A stretch of DNA of 61,043 nucleotides, taken from Clostridiales bacterium UBA1740 (GTDB lineage Bacteria > Bacillota > Clostridia > Oscillospirales > CAG-272). A program made the translations under genes and the position numbers. Numbering within the stretch: the stretch's first letter is position 1; each line of letters opens with the position of its first letter. The notes under the pieces were generated by a model. The model did no database searches. It was given only the letters and a program-made list of their open reading frames with translations, and was not told the DNA's origin. The stretch is from contig DCHY01000033.1 in the NCBI GenBank assembly GCA_002315715.1, positions 1-61,043 on the forward strand, given 5' to 3'. Below, piece after piece: positions 8,196-18,549 of the stretch.

Positions 8196-9008
8196 ATGAA
8201 AAAGATTATCACTCTCGTACTTGCCTTGGCAATGGCATTTGCCGCTACTCTTGCACTGACGTCCTGTGGCGAAAAGACCGACTGGGAAAAGGTGGAAGAA
8301 AAAGGATATTTCGTATGCGGTATCACCGGATACGCTCCCATGAACTACTTTAACGATGACGGCGACCTTGTCGGCTTCGATACCGAATTTGCACAGGCAG
8401 TCGCAGAAGAACTCGGCGTTGAAGTCAAATTCCAGACCATTTCTTGGGGTTCCAAATACCTTGAACTCAACAGCGGTTCCATCGACGCTATTTGGAACGG
8501 TTACACTTACGGTAATGAATCCGACGGTAAATCCCGTACCGAATACGTTGATTTCAGCTACGCTTACCTCAACAACAGCCAGTGCGTCGTCGTTTCCAAC
8601 ACGATTGCCGCATCTTTGAAATCCGCTGAGGATTTTGCTACCCTCAGAGGCGCTGCCGAGGGCGGTTCTTCGGGTGAAGCTATCGCAGAAGAACTCACCG
8701 CCAACTACACGGCTTCCGCATCTCAGGCATCCGCACTTCTTGACCTTGCCGGCGGTCAGTGCGACTTCGTCGTTATCGACGCCGTTATGGCTAACGAATA
8801 CGTCGGAAAAGGCGATTATACCAACCTCGTTATCAGCGATGCCGTCGTTCCCGAAGGCGAAGTGTTCGCTATCGGATTCCGCAAAGGTTCCGACCTCACC
8901 GCGAAGATCAACGAAGCCATCGTAAAGGTTCAGGCAAGCGGCAAACTCGCCGAAATCGCCGAGAAGTACGACCTTACCAATTCGCTTATTCCCAACATCG
9001 GCAAATAA
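8196..9008 (+). CDS. amino-acid ABC transporter substrate-binding lipoprotein (family 3 SBP)
   Basis: Signal peptide with lipobox LTSC. The body resembles polar amino-acid binding proteins. AAAGGAG SD; the ATG at 8196 lies inside track ORF 8169..9008. Confidence 0.85.
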   Translation: MKKIITLVLALAMAFAATLALTSCGEKTDWEKVEEKGYFVCGITGYAPMNYFNDDGDLVGFDTEFAQAVAEELGVEVKFQTISWGSKYLELNSGSIDAIWNGYTYGNESDGKSRTEYVDFSYAYLNNSQCVVVSNTIAASLKSAEDFATLRGAAEGGSSGEAIAEELTANYTASASQASALLDLAGGQCDFVVIDAVMANEYVGKGDYTNLVISDAVVPEGEVFAIGFRKGSDLTAKINEAIVKVQASGKLAEIAEKYDLTNSLIPNIGK

Positions 9009-9092
9009 TCATTCCGTCAATGAATCGGGATCGGCTGTGAAAACGGCCGGTCCCCTCTTGGCGTTTACAGAACAATCAAAACGGAGAATCTT

Positions 9093-9743
9093 ATGTCTTT
9101 TCAAGCAATCAATGCACTTCTTCTCGACGGTTTTGCGAGAAACTGTCTGCTTTTCTTTTTAACACTTTTATTGGCATTGCCTCTCGGCGTCATCGTCTTG
9201 TTCGGATCCAAGTCGAGATTTAAGCCTTTGCGGTATCTTGTCCGCGGTTTTGTTTGGGTGATTCGCGGTACACCTCTGATGCTTCAGCTTTTCGTCGTCT
9301 TTTACGTACCGGGAATGCTCTTTCACGTATCGCTGCTGTCCGACCGCTTTACGGCGGCTCTCGTGGCGTTCGTCATCAATTACGCCTGCTATTTTTCGGA
9401 AATTTACCGGGGCGGCATCGAGGCGATTCCCAAGGGACAGTTTGAGGCCGCGCAAGTGCTCGGCATCAGTAAAAAAGATACTTTTTTCAAAGTCACGTTG
9501 CCTCAGGTGGTTAAAAGAATCGTTCCGCCTCTCGGAAACGAAGTGATAACGCTTGTAAAAGATACCTCCCTTGCACGTGTCATTTCCGTTGCGGAAATCT
9601 TTTATGCAAACGAAGTCAAAATTCTTTCGTACGGTATCGTTTGGCCGCTCTTCTACATCGGCGCCTTCTTCTTGATTTTCGTCGGTGCACTGACGCTCGG
9701 TCTTCGTTATCTCGAAAAGAAATTATCTTACTACACGCTGTGA
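9093..9743 (+). CDS. amino-acid ABC transporter permease (His/Glu/Gln/Arg/opine type)
   Basis: Multi-TM protein with an EAA-like loop (EAAQVLGISKKDTFFKVTLPQ). Confidence 0.9.
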   Translation: MSFQAINALLLDGFARNCLLFFLTLLLALPLGVIVLFGSKSRFKPLRYLVRGFVWVIRGTPLMLQLFVVFYVPGMLFHVSLLSDRFTAALVAFVINYACYFSEIYRGGIEAIPKGQFEAAQVLGISKKDTFFKVTLPQVVKRIVPPLGNEVITLVKDTSLARVISVAEIFYANEVKILSYGIVWPLFYIGAFFLIFVGALTLGLRYLEKKLSYYTL

Positions 9744-9750
9744 GGTCCTT

Positions 9751-10536
9751 ATGAGTTTACTTGAAGTGAATAACATCAAAAAAAGTTTCGGGAAAGCGGA
9801 TATTCTCAAGGGCGTCAGCTTTTCTCTCGACGAAGGGGAAGTCCTTTCCATCATCGGTTCCTCCGGAGGAGGAAAAACCACGCTTCTTCGTTGCTTGAAC
9901 TTCCTCGAAATCCCGAACGAAGGCGAGATCGTTTTGAACGGGAAAAAAGTGTTTTACGTTGAAAACGGTATTCCCACGGTTGCCAAAGATGCGCAAAAAG
10001 GCATGGGCATGGTTTTTCAGCAGTTCAATCTTTTTCCGCAGTACAGTGTCATGGACAACCTTCTTTTGGCGCCCAAACTTGAGGCGAAAAAAAGTCCCGA
10101 TTATAAGCAAAAGAAAAAAGAAATTTTGAAAAAATTGGTAGCAAAAGCCGAGTCGCTTCTCGCCGCCACCGGGCTTTCCGAAAAGAAAGATTTTTATCCC
10201 TGCATGCTTTCCGGCGGACAGCAACAGCGTGTCGCCATCGCGCGGGCTTTGATGCTCGAACCCGACATTCTTTGTTTTGACGAGCCGACGTCGGCTTTGG
10301 ACCCCGAACTGACGGGGGAAGTCTTGAAAGTCATCAAAAAACTGCGCGAAGAGGGCAGGACGATGATCATCGTCACCCACGAATTGATGTTTGCCAAGCA
10401 CGTATCGGACAAGATCATTTTCATGGCGGACGGCAACATTTGCGAAATGGGCACGCCGGAGGAAGTCATTGACCATCCGAAAGAGGCAAAAACGCAGGCG
10501 TTTATCAAAAGCGACCTTTCTGCAACGGAATATTGA
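9751..10536 (+). CDS. amino-acid ABC transporter ATP-binding protein
   Basis: Walker A GSSGGGKTT, signature [15 protein letters not shown], Walker B ILCFDEPTSALD. Confidence 0.92.
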   Translation: MSLLEVNNIKKSFGKADILKGVSFSLDEGEVLSIIGSSGGGKTTLLRCLNFLEIPNEGEIVLNGKKVFYVENGIPTVAKDAQKGMGMVFQQFNLFPQYSVMDNLLLAPKLEAKKSPDYKQKKKEILKKLVAKAESLLAATGLSEKKDFYPCMLSGGQQQRVAIARALMLEPDILCFDEPTSALDPELTGEVLKVIKKLREEGRTMIIVTHELMFAKHVSDKIIFMADGNICEMGTPEEVIDHPKEAKTQAFIKSDLSATEY

Positions 10537-10651
10537 AAGTTTCTTTAGAAAAAAAACAAAATTCGTGGGAAAAGGTATTGCAATTTGAAAACGCCCATGT
10601 TATACTGTTTCTGTAGAATTATATCAGCACTGCTGAGAAAGAGGTATTGGT

Positions 10652-11389
10652 GTGCAATTTTTGATTGATATCGCCCAAAAAATTCATAGCGAACTGTTCG
10701 AAGGCGAATGGTTTTGCGGATTGAAAGACTTGGTTGCGGGTACCTTGAACGACCTTAACCCGTTGCTCATTCCTGCCATTTTTGCCATCTTCGGAATCGT
10801 CTTTTTGCTTTACGGCAAGAAAATGATGCCGCTTTGGAAATTCCTCTTTATGTTTTCCGTCGGCTTCATCGGTGCATTCGTTTACATTGCACCCCTGCTT
10901 TCGTTCATCTCCATTGACGCTTGGATCGTCGGTGCGATCGTCGGTGTTCTTTGCGGCCTGCTTTCGAGATATCTCTATCTCTGCGTCATGATCGGTGCAT
11001 GCGGTTTCGCGGGATACTTCCTCACCGCTACCTTCCTCGTCAATATCGAGGTTGTGAACGGTCTTATCGCCGCTGTCCCTGCCGGCATCGGTATTTACGT
11101 AGCTTATGCACTCGTTGCCGGTGTTTGTATGCTGTTTGTCTTCCCGCTTCTCAAGTGGATTGAGATGGCAACGACATCCTTTGGCGGTGCATGCGGTATT
11201 TACTTCGCTGCCGTTGCCGCTTTCCCGGCAATCAAACTTTCCACCCTTATCGCGCTTCCTTCCGTTAAACTTGACGTTCTCGGAAACTTCTTCCTCCCGA
11301 CCGAATTCTTCGCCGCTGACTTTATCGCCGTCGGCGTTCTCTTCCTCGTCGGTTTTATTACCCAAATCACAACGCGTAAACAGTATTGA
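10652..11389 (+). CDS. hypothetical polytopic membrane protein (about 7 TM)
   Basis: GTG start and a continuous run of hydrophobic segments, with a terminator immediately downstream. The antisense ORF 10619..11365 is compositional shadow. Possibly DUF4203-like (uncertain). Confidence 0.65.
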   Translation: MQFLIDIAQKIHSELFEGEWFCGLKDLVAGTLNDLNPLLIPAIFAIFGIVFLLYGKKMMPLWKFLFMFSVGFIGAFVYIAPLLSFISIDAWIVGAIVGVLCGLLSRYLYLCVMIGACGFAGYFLTATFLVNIEVVNGLIAAVPAGIGIYVAYALVAGVCMLFVFPLLKWIEMATTSFGGACGIYFAAVAAFPAIKLSTLIALPSVKLDVLGNFFLPTEFFAADFIAVGVLFLVGFITQITTRKQY

Positions 11390-11396
11390 TTCGCTA

Positions 11397-11428
11397 AAAC
11401 GGCTGTCCTTTCGGACGGCCGTTTTTTT
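11397..11428 (+). terminator. rho-independent terminator
   Basis: ACGGCTGTCC-TTTC-GGACGGCCGT hairpin followed by T7. Confidence 0.8.
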
Positions 11429-11476
11429 GTCGCCGTTTTTTCTTTGCGTTTCATCACGCTTTCGCGACTAAAGTTG

Positions 11477-11505
11477 TTGACAAGCGTCAATATTTAGTGT
11501 AAAAT
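11477..11505 (+). promoter_or_regulatory. sigma-A type promoter upstream of the transketolase genes
   Basis: TTGACA (11477-11482), 17-nt spacer, TAAAAT (11500-11505). Confidence 0.55.
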
Positions 11506-11545
11506 AATAAGCGTAAAAATATATAAAATAGTAAGGGGCATCAAA

Positions 11546-12391
11546 GTGGATAAGAAAGAACTTCTTTCACTCAAGAAAATCGCCAATCAAGTGCGAATCG
11601 GCATTGTGGACGGCGTGTATGCGGCAGGATGCGGCCATCCCGGCGGATCGCTCTCCATTGCCGACATTTTAACCTATCTCTATTTCAAAGAGATGAAGGT
11701 CAATCCCGAAAATCCGAAGGATCCCACGCGCGACCGCTTCGTTCTCTCGAAAGGACATACGGCACCGGGCCTTTACGCCACCTTGGCGCTGCGCGGATTT
11801 TTCCCGGTTGAGGAACTCAAGACGCTTAGAAAATACGGTGCCCGTCTTCAGGGACACCCCGATATGAAACACATCCCCGGCATCGATATGTCGACGGGCT
11901 CACTCGGCCTCGGCATTTCCGCCGCTTGCGGCATGGCACTTGCCGCCAAAATCGACAAGAAAGATTACCGCACCTACGCCATCCTCGGCGACGGCGAAAG
12001 TGAAGAGGGACAGGTTTGGGAGGCCGCGATGTTCGCCGCTCATTATCACCTCGACAACCTGTGCGCTATCGTCGACTGGAACGGCTTGCAAATCGACGGC
12101 AAGGTTACCGAAGTCATGAACCCCACCCCCCACGACGAAAAATTCCGTGCGTTTGGTTGGCACGTCATCTCGGTTGACGCCCACGACTTTGAGCAGCTCG
12201 AGGCTGCCTTTGCCGAGGCACGCGCCACCGTCGGACAACCCACCGTCATCATCGCCAAATCCACCAAGGGCAAGGGCGTTTCTTACATGGAAAACTCCGT
12301 TGATTGGCACGGCAAAGCACCCAAGACCGAAGAATATGAAATCGCAATGAAGGATCTTCTTGCGATTGCGAAAACGCTGGAGGAGGCATAA
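11546..12391 (+). CDS. transketolase, N-terminal (TPP-binding) subunit
   Basis: GHPGGSLS and GDGESEEGQVWEA motifs. GTG start. This is the split transketolase typical of Clostridia. Confidence 0.92.
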   Translation: MDKKELLSLKKIANQVRIGIVDGVYAAGCGHPGGSLSIADILTYLYFKEMKVNPENPKDPTRDRFVLSKGHTAPGLYATLALRGFFPVEELKTLRKYGARLQGHPDMKHIPGIDMSTGSLGLGISAACGMALAAKIDKKDYRTYAILGDGESEEGQVWEAAMFAAHYHLDNLCAIVDWNGLQIDGKVTEVMNPTPHDEKFRAFGWHVISVDAHDFEQLEAAFAEARATVGQPTVIIAKSTKGKGVSYMENSVDWHGKAPKTEEYEIAMKDLLAIAKTLEEA

Positions 12392-12392
12392 A

Positions 12393-13343
12393 ATGGCAGA
12401 TAAGAAAGCAACGAGAGAATCCTACGGTGCGGCGCTTGCCGAACTCGGCGATTCCTTTGATTTTGTCGTTTTGGATGCCGACTTAGCAGCCGCTACCAAA
12501 ACGGGTACGTTTAAGAAAAAATTCCCCGACCGCTTCTTTGATTGCGGTATCGCGGAAGGCAATATGATGAGCGTGGCAGCCGGCATTGCCGCGACGGGAA
12601 AAACGGTTTTCGCTTCTTCCTTCGCCATGTTTGCCGCCGGCCGTGCCTTTGAACAGGTCAGAAACAGCATCGGCTATCCTCATCTCAACGTCAAAATCGG
12701 CGCAACGCACGCCGGCATCACCGTCGGAGAAGACGGTGCCACCCACCAGTGCAACGAGGATTTGGCTCTTATGAGAACGATTCCCGGTATGACGGTCGTC
12801 AACCCTGCCGATGCGACGGAAGCGTTTGCCGCCGTCAAAGCCGCCCTTACCACCGACGGACCTTTCTATCTCCGATTCGGCAGATTCCCGGTGCCCGATC
12901 TTTCGAGCGAACTTGAAAATTACAAGTTTGAACTCGGCAAAGGCGTCGTTTACCGCGAAGGCAAGGATTGTACCGTCGTTGCCACCGGCTTTATGGTGCA
13001 TCTCGCCGTCGAAGCGGCGGAAAAACTCGCGGCGGAGGGCATCTTTGTTCGCGTTATCGACATCCATACGGTCAAACCCATTGATAAAGAACTTCTTAAA
13101 AAAGCCGCCGAGGAAACCGGCGCTATCGTCACCGCGGAAGAGCACAACGTCATCGGCGGTCTCGGTGCTGCCGTGTGCGAGGCCGTTTGCGAAGCCTGCC
13201 CCGTGCCCGTTATCCGTGTCGGCGTGGAAGACGCTTTCGGAAAGAGCGGCTCCGTTCCCGCGCTTCTGGAAGGCTACGGCTTGACCGCCGACCACATCGT
13301 TGAAAGTGTTAAAAAAGCCGTTTCGATGAAACGCGGAAAGTGA
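12393..13343 (+). CDS. transketolase, C-terminal (pyrimidine-binding) subunit
   Basis: MADKKATRESYGAALAELG... ; IAEGNMMSVAAGIA. The ATG is 1 nt after the upstream stop. Confidence 0.92.
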   Translation: MADKKATRESYGAALAELGDSFDFVVLDADLAAATKTGTFKKKFPDRFFDCGIAEGNMMSVAAGIAATGKTVFASSFAMFAAGRAFEQVRNSIGYPHLNVKIGATHAGITVGEDGATHQCNEDLALMRTIPGMTVVNPADATEAFAAVKAALTTDGPFYLRFGRFPVPDLSSELENYKFELGKGVVYREGKDCTVVATGFMVHLAVEAAEKLAAEGIFVRVIDIHTVKPIDKELLKKAAEETGAIVTAEEHNVIGGLGAAVCEAVCEACPVPVIRVGVEDAFGKSGSVPALLEGYGLTADHIVESVKKAVSMKRGK

Positions 13344-13352
13344 GAAGCAGAG

Positions 13353-14051
13353 ATGAAACGCGTACTTTTGAAACTCTCCGGTGAAGCCCTTTCCGCCAAA
13401 AACGGAAATATTTACGATACCGATTTCGTCGATGCCGTTGCCACCACGCTCAAAGCGGCGGTGGACGAAGGTTTCGAGATCGCCGTCGTCATCGGCGCCG
13501 GCAATATCTGGCGCGGAAGACAGGGCAAAGATATGGATAGAGCCACTGCCGACCATATGGGTATGCTCGCCACCGAAATCAACTCCCTTTGTCTGAAAGA
13601 AGCCTTGATTCGTGCCGGTGCGAAAGCCACCGTCATGAGTTCCGTTCCCATGCCTCCCTTCGCGGACGGTTACAGTCCCGAGAGAGCCAAAACCGCCCTT
13701 GCCGAAGGCACCGTCGTGATTTTCGGCGGCGGACTCGGTGTTCCCTTCATGTCTACCGATACGGCAGGTGCCGTCAGAGCGGCGGAAGTAGGAGCCGAGG
13801 CGATGCTCATGGCGAAAAACATCGACTACATCTACACCGACGATCCCCTCGTCAACAAAGATGCGGAAAAGATTTTGTCTATCAAAGCGTCCGAGATTCT
13901 TTCGAGAGGCCTTCGTGCCATCGACTTTACCGCGACCGCTTTCTGTATGTCGGCAAAACTTCCCATTCGCATTTTCGGACTCAAGAATCCTGCCGATATC
14001 CTTGCCGCTTTGCGCGGTGAAAAAGTCGGCACCGTCGTCATCCCCGAATAA
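13353..14051 (+). CDS. pyrH: UMP kinase
   Basis: MKRVLLKLSGEAL ... VIGAGNIWRG ... canonical PyrH, in the conserved pyrH-frr context. Confidence 0.95.
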   Translation: MKRVLLKLSGEALSAKNGNIYDTDFVDAVATTLKAAVDEGFEIAVVIGAGNIWRGRQGKDMDRATADHMGMLATEINSLCLKEALIRAGAKATVMSSVPMPPFADGYSPERAKTALAEGTVVIFGGGLGVPFMSTDTAGAVRAAEVGAEAMLMAKNIDYIYTDDPLVNKDAEKILSIKASEILSRGLRAIDFTATAFCMSAKLPIRIFGLKNPADILAALRGEKVGTVVIPE

Positions 14052-14077
14052 AAAATCCGAATAAAAGGAGAACACAT

Positions 14078-14632
14078 ATGAAATACGATACCAAAGAATG
14101 CGAAAGCAGAATGCAAAAAAGCATCGCTTCCTACCGTGAGGCACTCTCCACCATTCGCGCCGGCCGTGCCAACCCCGACGTTTTGAAGAAAATCACCGTG
14201 GATTACTACGGTTCTCCCACCGCCATCTCCGCTATTGCGGAAATCAAGGTCACCGATGCCAGAACCATCACCATCACGGCATGGGATAAGTCCGCGATGA
14301 AGGGCATTGAAAAAGGCATTTTGACCTCCGATCTCGGCATCAATCCGCAAAACGACGGTTCTTGCATCCGTCTTTCTTTCCCCCCGATGACCGAAGAGAG
14401 AAGAAAAGAACTCTCAAAACAGGTATCGAAAATGGGTGAGGATGCGAAGGTTGCCGTCCGCAACATTCGCCGCGATGCCAACGACGCTGTCAAAGCCATG
14501 AAGAAGAATTCCGAAATGACCGAGGACGAAGTCAAAACGGCAGATAAAGCCGTTCAGGATTTGACCGACAAATTCATCAAGGAAATCGACGCCGTTACCG
14601 CAGAAAAATCGAAAGAAATCATGGAGATTTAA
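14078..14632 (+). CDS. frr: ribosome recycling factor
   Basis: RAGRANPDVL..ITVDYYGSPT..., about 184 aa, in canonical position after pyrH. Confidence 0.95.
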   Translation: MKYDTKECESRMQKSIASYREALSTIRAGRANPDVLKKITVDYYGSPTAISAIAEIKVTDARTITITAWDKSAMKGIEKGILTSDLGINPQNDGSCIRLSFPPMTEERRKELSKQVSKMGEDAKVAVRNIRRDANDAVKAMKKNSEMTEDEVKTADKAVQDLTDKFIKEIDAVTAEKSKEIMEI

Positions 14633-14637
14633 TTTTC

Positions 14638-15375
14638 ATGTTCGGGAAGAAAAAGACCGACACCTTCGTATGCGACGAGCGCTTGGACCACGTCGCCGTC
14701 ATCATGGACGGAAACGGAAGATGGGCGCAAAAGCGCGGCCTTCCAAGAACCGCCGGGCATAAGGCAGGTGCCGACGCCGTGGAAGAAATCTTAAAGGTAT
14801 TCAGAGAAATCGGCGTGCACACCGTCACCCTCTACGCCTTTTCCACCGAAAATTGGAAAAGACCGAGGGAGGAGGTCGATGCTATCATGTCGCTGCTGTC
14901 TCTGTACCTTGAAAACCACGTCAAGCCGAAAATGGAGGAAGACGACGGTTTTTGTTTGCGCTTTCTCGGCGATTTGTCAAAACTTCCCGCCGATCTTTCG
15001 GCAAAATGCCGCGAGATTGAATCTCTCAAAAAAGACCGACCTTTCCTCGTGCAGGTAGCCTTGAACTACGGCGGACGGGATGAGATCCTCCGCGCCGTCA
15101 ACTCCCTGCTTGCGGGCGGGGTGAAAACCGTCGATGGGGACACCTTCTCGCAGTATCTCGATACGGGCGGCGTACGCGATCCCGACCTTCTTATCCGGAC
15201 GGGCGGCGATATGCGTCTGTCGAATTTTCTGCTTTGGCAGAGCGCCTACACCGAGTTTTATTTTACCGATACGTTATTCCCCGACTTCGGGCGCGCCGAT
15301 GTTCTCGACGCCGTCCGTGATTTTTACAAGAGAAAACGCCGCTTTGGCGGATTAAATAAGGAAGAAAAACCATGA
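14638..15375 (+). CDS. uppS: isoprenyl transferase (undecaprenyl-diphosphate synthase)
   Basis: HVAVIMDGNGRWA ... LYAFSTENWKRP ... RLSNFLLWQSAYTEF. Confidence 0.95.
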   Translation: MFGKKKTDTFVCDERLDHVAVIMDGNGRWAQKRGLPRTAGHKAGADAVEEILKVFREIGVHTVTLYAFSTENWKRPREEVDAIMSLLSLYLENHVKPKMEEDDGFCLRFLGDLSKLPADLSAKCREIESLKKDRPFLVQVALNYGGRDEILRAVNSLLAGGVKTVDGDTFSQYLDTGGVRDPDLLIRTGGDMRLSNFLLWQSAYTEFYFTDTLFPDFGRADVLDAVRDFYKRKRRFGGLNKEEKP

Positions 15376-16214
15376 AACAGCGTATTATCACCGCTTTGGT
15401 TATATTACTTTGTCTATTCCCGTTCTTTTGGTTTTCCGATACCGTCGAGTATTCCATCGTCCTGTCGGCTTTGTCCCTCATCGGTACGTTTGAAATGCTC
15501 CGTGTCTTCGGAGAGCAAAAGCACTGGATTTTGGCAGTCCCCGCCTACCTTTTAAGCGCATCACTGCCCGTTTTGTCTTTCCTTTGCATCACGAAAGGAT
15601 GGCTTTCGACACACGATTTTTTGCTCCTTGTCTGTGCTTCTTTCGTCGTGTATCTTTTATACCTTTTCTTCGTCGCCGTGATGGCGCAGGGAGATTTGAA
15701 ATTTGCGGAAATTTCCGAGATTTTCGCCGCTGTCTTCTATATCGTCGCCTCTTTTACGGCACTGACCGTCATCCGTTATTTGGCGCCCGACCTTCGTTTG
15801 ATTGGGCCTATCTTTATTGCCGCGTGGATTACCGACGTGTTTGCCTATTTTGTCGGCTACCTCTTCGGCAAGCATAAACTCATCCCGAAAGTCAGCCCCA
15901 AAAAGACCGTGGAAGGTTCCGTCGGCGGCATCGTGTTTGCCACCGCTTTCTTCCTTCTGTACGGCTATATCCTCTCGTGCTTTACCGATATCACCCCCGA
16001 TTATCCCGTGCTTGCGATTTCCGGATTCGTCCTTTCCATCGTGGCACAAATCGGCGACCTTTTGATGTCGCTTATCAAGCGTGAACACGGTGTCAAGGAT
16101 TACGGAAAACTGTTTCCGGGACACGGCGGCGTTCTCGACCGCTTTGACTCCATTCTTGCGGTTTGCGCGGTTTGGATGATGATTTGTCTTTTGACCAATC
16201 CCCTTACTCTGTAA
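15372..16214 (+). CDS. cdsA: phosphatidate cytidylyltransferase
   Basis: Polytopic protein ending with KREHGVKDYGKLFPGHGGVLDRFDS. ATGA overlap with uppS. Confidence 0.92.
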   Translation: MKQRIITALVILLCLFPFFWFSDTVEYSIVLSALSLIGTFEMLRVFGEQKHWILAVPAYLLSASLPVLSFLCITKGWLSTHDFLLLVCASFVVYLLYLFFVAVMAQGDLKFAEISEIFAAVFYIVASFTALTVIRYLAPDLRLIGPIFIAAWITDVFAYFVGYLFGKHKLIPKVSPKKTVEGSVGGIVFATAFFLLYGYILSCFTDITPDYPVLAISGFVLSIVAQIGDLLMSLIKREHGVKDYGKLFPGHGGVLDRFDSILAVCAVWMMICLLTNPLTL

Positions 16215-16306
16215 GAAAATCGATTTTCCGAAAAACCGACTTTTTCAGTTTGCACTATCGACCGCTGCGTTTTTGACGTGGCGGTTTTTCCCAAATAGGA
16301 GGGCGT

Positions 16307-17470
16307 ATGAATAAAAGAATTGCGGTTTTGGGTGCTACGGGTTCCGTCGGCACGCAGGCGCTCGACGTTGCACGCACACGCGGTTATGAGGTGGATTTTC
16401 TGTCCGCTTCGACGAACGTCGCTTTGACGGAAACTTTAGCACGCGAATTTCATCCTCGCTTCGTTGCCATGGCGGACGAGGCGGCGTCAGGTGACTTAAA
16501 AACCCGCCTTGCCGATACCGATATCACGGTCTTTGAGGGCGCCGCCGGCATCACGGAGGGTATCAGAGCCACCGATGCCGAAACCGTCGTCAACGCGATT
16601 TTGGGGCAGGCAGGCCTTATGCCCACCCTTGCCACGATAGCGGCGGGACGCCGCTTGGCACTCGCCAATAAAGAATCCCTCGTCGTCGCCGGCGATATCG
16701 TCATGTCGAAACTGCGCGAAAGTCAAGCGGAACTGTTGCCGGTTGACAGCGAGCACTGCGCGATTTTTCAATCGCTTGCGGCAGGCAAAAGACAGGAAAT
16801 CAAAAAAATCCTTTTGACGGCGTCGGGCGGTCCTTTTCGCGGCTATTCGGCGTCGGCACTCAAAAAAGTCACCCTTGCCGATACGCTTTCTCACCCGACT
16901 TGGAAAATGGGGCGGAAAATCACCGTCGATTCCGCCACGCTTATGAATAAAGGCTTCGAAATCATCGAAGCCGTCCACCTTTTCGGCGTCACGCCGGAGC
17001 AGGTGGAGGTCCTCGTCCACCCCGAGAGCATAATCCACTCGGCGGTAGAATACCTTGATAATACTGTCATCGCCGAACTGTCGGTGCCGGATATGCGCAT
17101 GTGCGTTCAGTACGCCGTCGATTATCCCGACCGTCTGCCCGGCACCTCGGCGGAACTTTCGCTTTTTGACGTCGGAAAACTCACCTTCAAAAAACCCGAC
17201 GAAAAGACGTTTCGTCTGTTGCCCTTAGCCCGCAGAGCCGTGGCAATGGGCGGCGGAATGGGCGCGGTTTTGAACGCCGCCGACGAAGTCGCGGTTTCGG
17301 CATTCCTCAAAGAGCAGATTCGCTTTGCGGATATCGAAAAAGTCGTAATAGAAACCTTCGAGGCATTTTCGGATGCCAAAGATGCCGTTACCTTGCCGGC
17401 AAGACTCGCGGCGGATGCCGCCGCCCGTGCCTATGCCGAAGAATTGATTGAAAAGAGATTGGAGACGTAA
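16307..17470 (+). CDS. dxr: 1-deoxy-D-xylulose 5-phosphate reductoisomerase
   Basis: VLGATGSVGTQALDV ... LANKESLV ... PVDSEH ... SHPTWKMG. Confidence 0.95.
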   Translation: MNKRIAVLGATGSVGTQALDVARTRGYEVDFLSASTNVALTETLAREFHPRFVAMADEAASGDLKTRLADTDITVFEGAAGITEGIRATDAETVVNAILGQAGLMPTLATIAAGRRLALANKESLVVAGDIVMSKLRESQAELLPVDSEHCAIFQSLAAGKRQEIKKILLTASGGPFRGYSASALKKVTLADTLSHPTWKMGRKITVDSATLMNKGFEIIEAVHLFGVTPEQVEVLVHPESIIHSAVEYLDNTVIAELSVPDMRMCVQYAVDYPDRLPGTSAELSLFDVGKLTFKKPDEKTFRLLPLARRAVAMGGGMGAVLNAADEVAVSAFLKEQIRFADIEKVVIETFEAFSDAKDAVTLPARLAADAAARAYAEELIEKRLET

Positions 17471-17475
17471 TCCCC

Positions 17476-18549
17476 GTGAATCCTATTGTTACCGCCGTCA
17501 TATCCGTATTGGTTTTCGGCTTATTGATTTTTATCCATGAGTTCGGACACTTCATCTGTGCGCGCATCTTTCACGTCACGGTGAAAGAGTTTGCCCTCGG
17601 CATGGGTCCGAAACTCGTTTGGTACGATTCCAAAAAAACCGGCACGCGCTATTGCCTCTGCCTTCTCCCGTTCGGCGGCTACGTCGCCATGGCAGGAGAA
17701 AACGACGGCACGGAAAATGAAGAGCAAAAAGAAAAAGCGGCGTCCGATCCCAACGCTTTCAATAAAAAACCGGCTTGGCAACGTTTGATCATCACCGGCG
17801 CCGGCGCATTCGTCAACATTCTCGCCGGCTTCCTCGCCGTGCTGATTCTTTGTTTGAATCTCAATCTCGGTTCCACCACCGTCTATTCGCATTTTACCGA
17901 GGAAGAACTCGGCGTGGCACCCACGTCGTTTGCCATCCTTGACAACGACGAAATTCTGAAAATCGGCAATCGCCGTGTCAGAACCATGGAGGCGGTTTCC
18001 TATGAAATCATGCGAAACGGTGTCGAACCCGTGGACGTGACCGTCCGCCGAAACGGAGAAGTTATCGTCCTCGAGGACGTCGTCTTCCCGTCGGGTGCCG
18101 ATTCGGGTATCGACTACGGCGTCATGGACTTCTGCGTATACGCCCTTCCCAAAACCGTAGACGGCGTCATCACCTATTCCACCGGCAAATCCTGCCTTAT
18201 CGTCAGAATGTGTTGGGAATCGCTCTACGATTTGATTCGCGGCCGTTATTCGGTACAGGCAGTGTCCGGTCCCGTCGGCATTTCTTCCGCTATCGGCGAG
18301 GCGGCAAGCTACGGATTTATGTCCTTGCTTTCCCTCGTCGCTATCATCTCCATTAACCTCGGCGTCATGAATTTGTTGCCCCTGCCGGCGCTTGACGGCG
18401 GACGCTTCCTCACAACGCTCGTCGAAATGATAACGAAAAAACGTATGCCCGAAAAAGTCGAAAGCATCATCAACGGCGTCGGTCTGATTTTGCTCGTCGG
18501 CCTCTCGGTCGTCATTATGATAAAAGACATTATAGGATTGATAGGATGA
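17476..18549 (+). CDS. rseP: RIP zinc metalloprotease (site-2 protease)
   Basis: HEFGHF motif in the first TM segment and a C-terminal NLLPLPALDGG motif. GTG start. Confidence 0.9.
   Translation: MNPIVTAVISVLVFGLLIFIHEFGHFICARIFHVTVKEFALGMGPKLVWYDSKKTGTRYCLCLLPFGGYVAMAGENDGTENEEQKEKAASDPNAFNKKPAWQRLIITGAGAFVNILAGFLAVLILCLNLNLGSTTVYSHFTEEELGVAPTSFAILDNDEILKIGNRRVRTMEAVSYEIMRNGVEPVDVTVRRNGEVIVLEDVVFPSGADSGIDYGVMDFCVYALPKTVDGVITYSTGKSCLIVRMCWESLYDLIRGRYSVQAVSGPVGISSAIGEAASYGFMSLLSLVAIISINLGVMNLLPLPALDGGRFLTTLVEMITKKRMPEKVESIINGVGLILLVGLSVVIMIKDIIGLIG

Noticed and set aside
12483-14144. Very long antisense ORFs: 553 aa here, plus 430..1614, 5607..6539, 10619..11365, 19850..21622, 22325..24103, 36362..37279, 44609..45535 and 47158..47946.
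   Set aside because: Each lies opposite a gene with clear family motifs or signals. Their translations are low-complexity (Gly/Arg/Phe/Asp-rich) with no SD or promoter. They are typical shadow ORFs of GC-rich, codon-biased coding DNA.
16215-16306. Hairpins in the cdsA-dxr gap (GAAAATC/GATTTTC; ACCGC..GCGGT followed by TTTTT) as an attenuator or sRNA.
   Set aside because: The stems are short (5-7 bp) with either a large loop or no loop. There is no conserved motif, and a weak internal terminator is the most that can be said.
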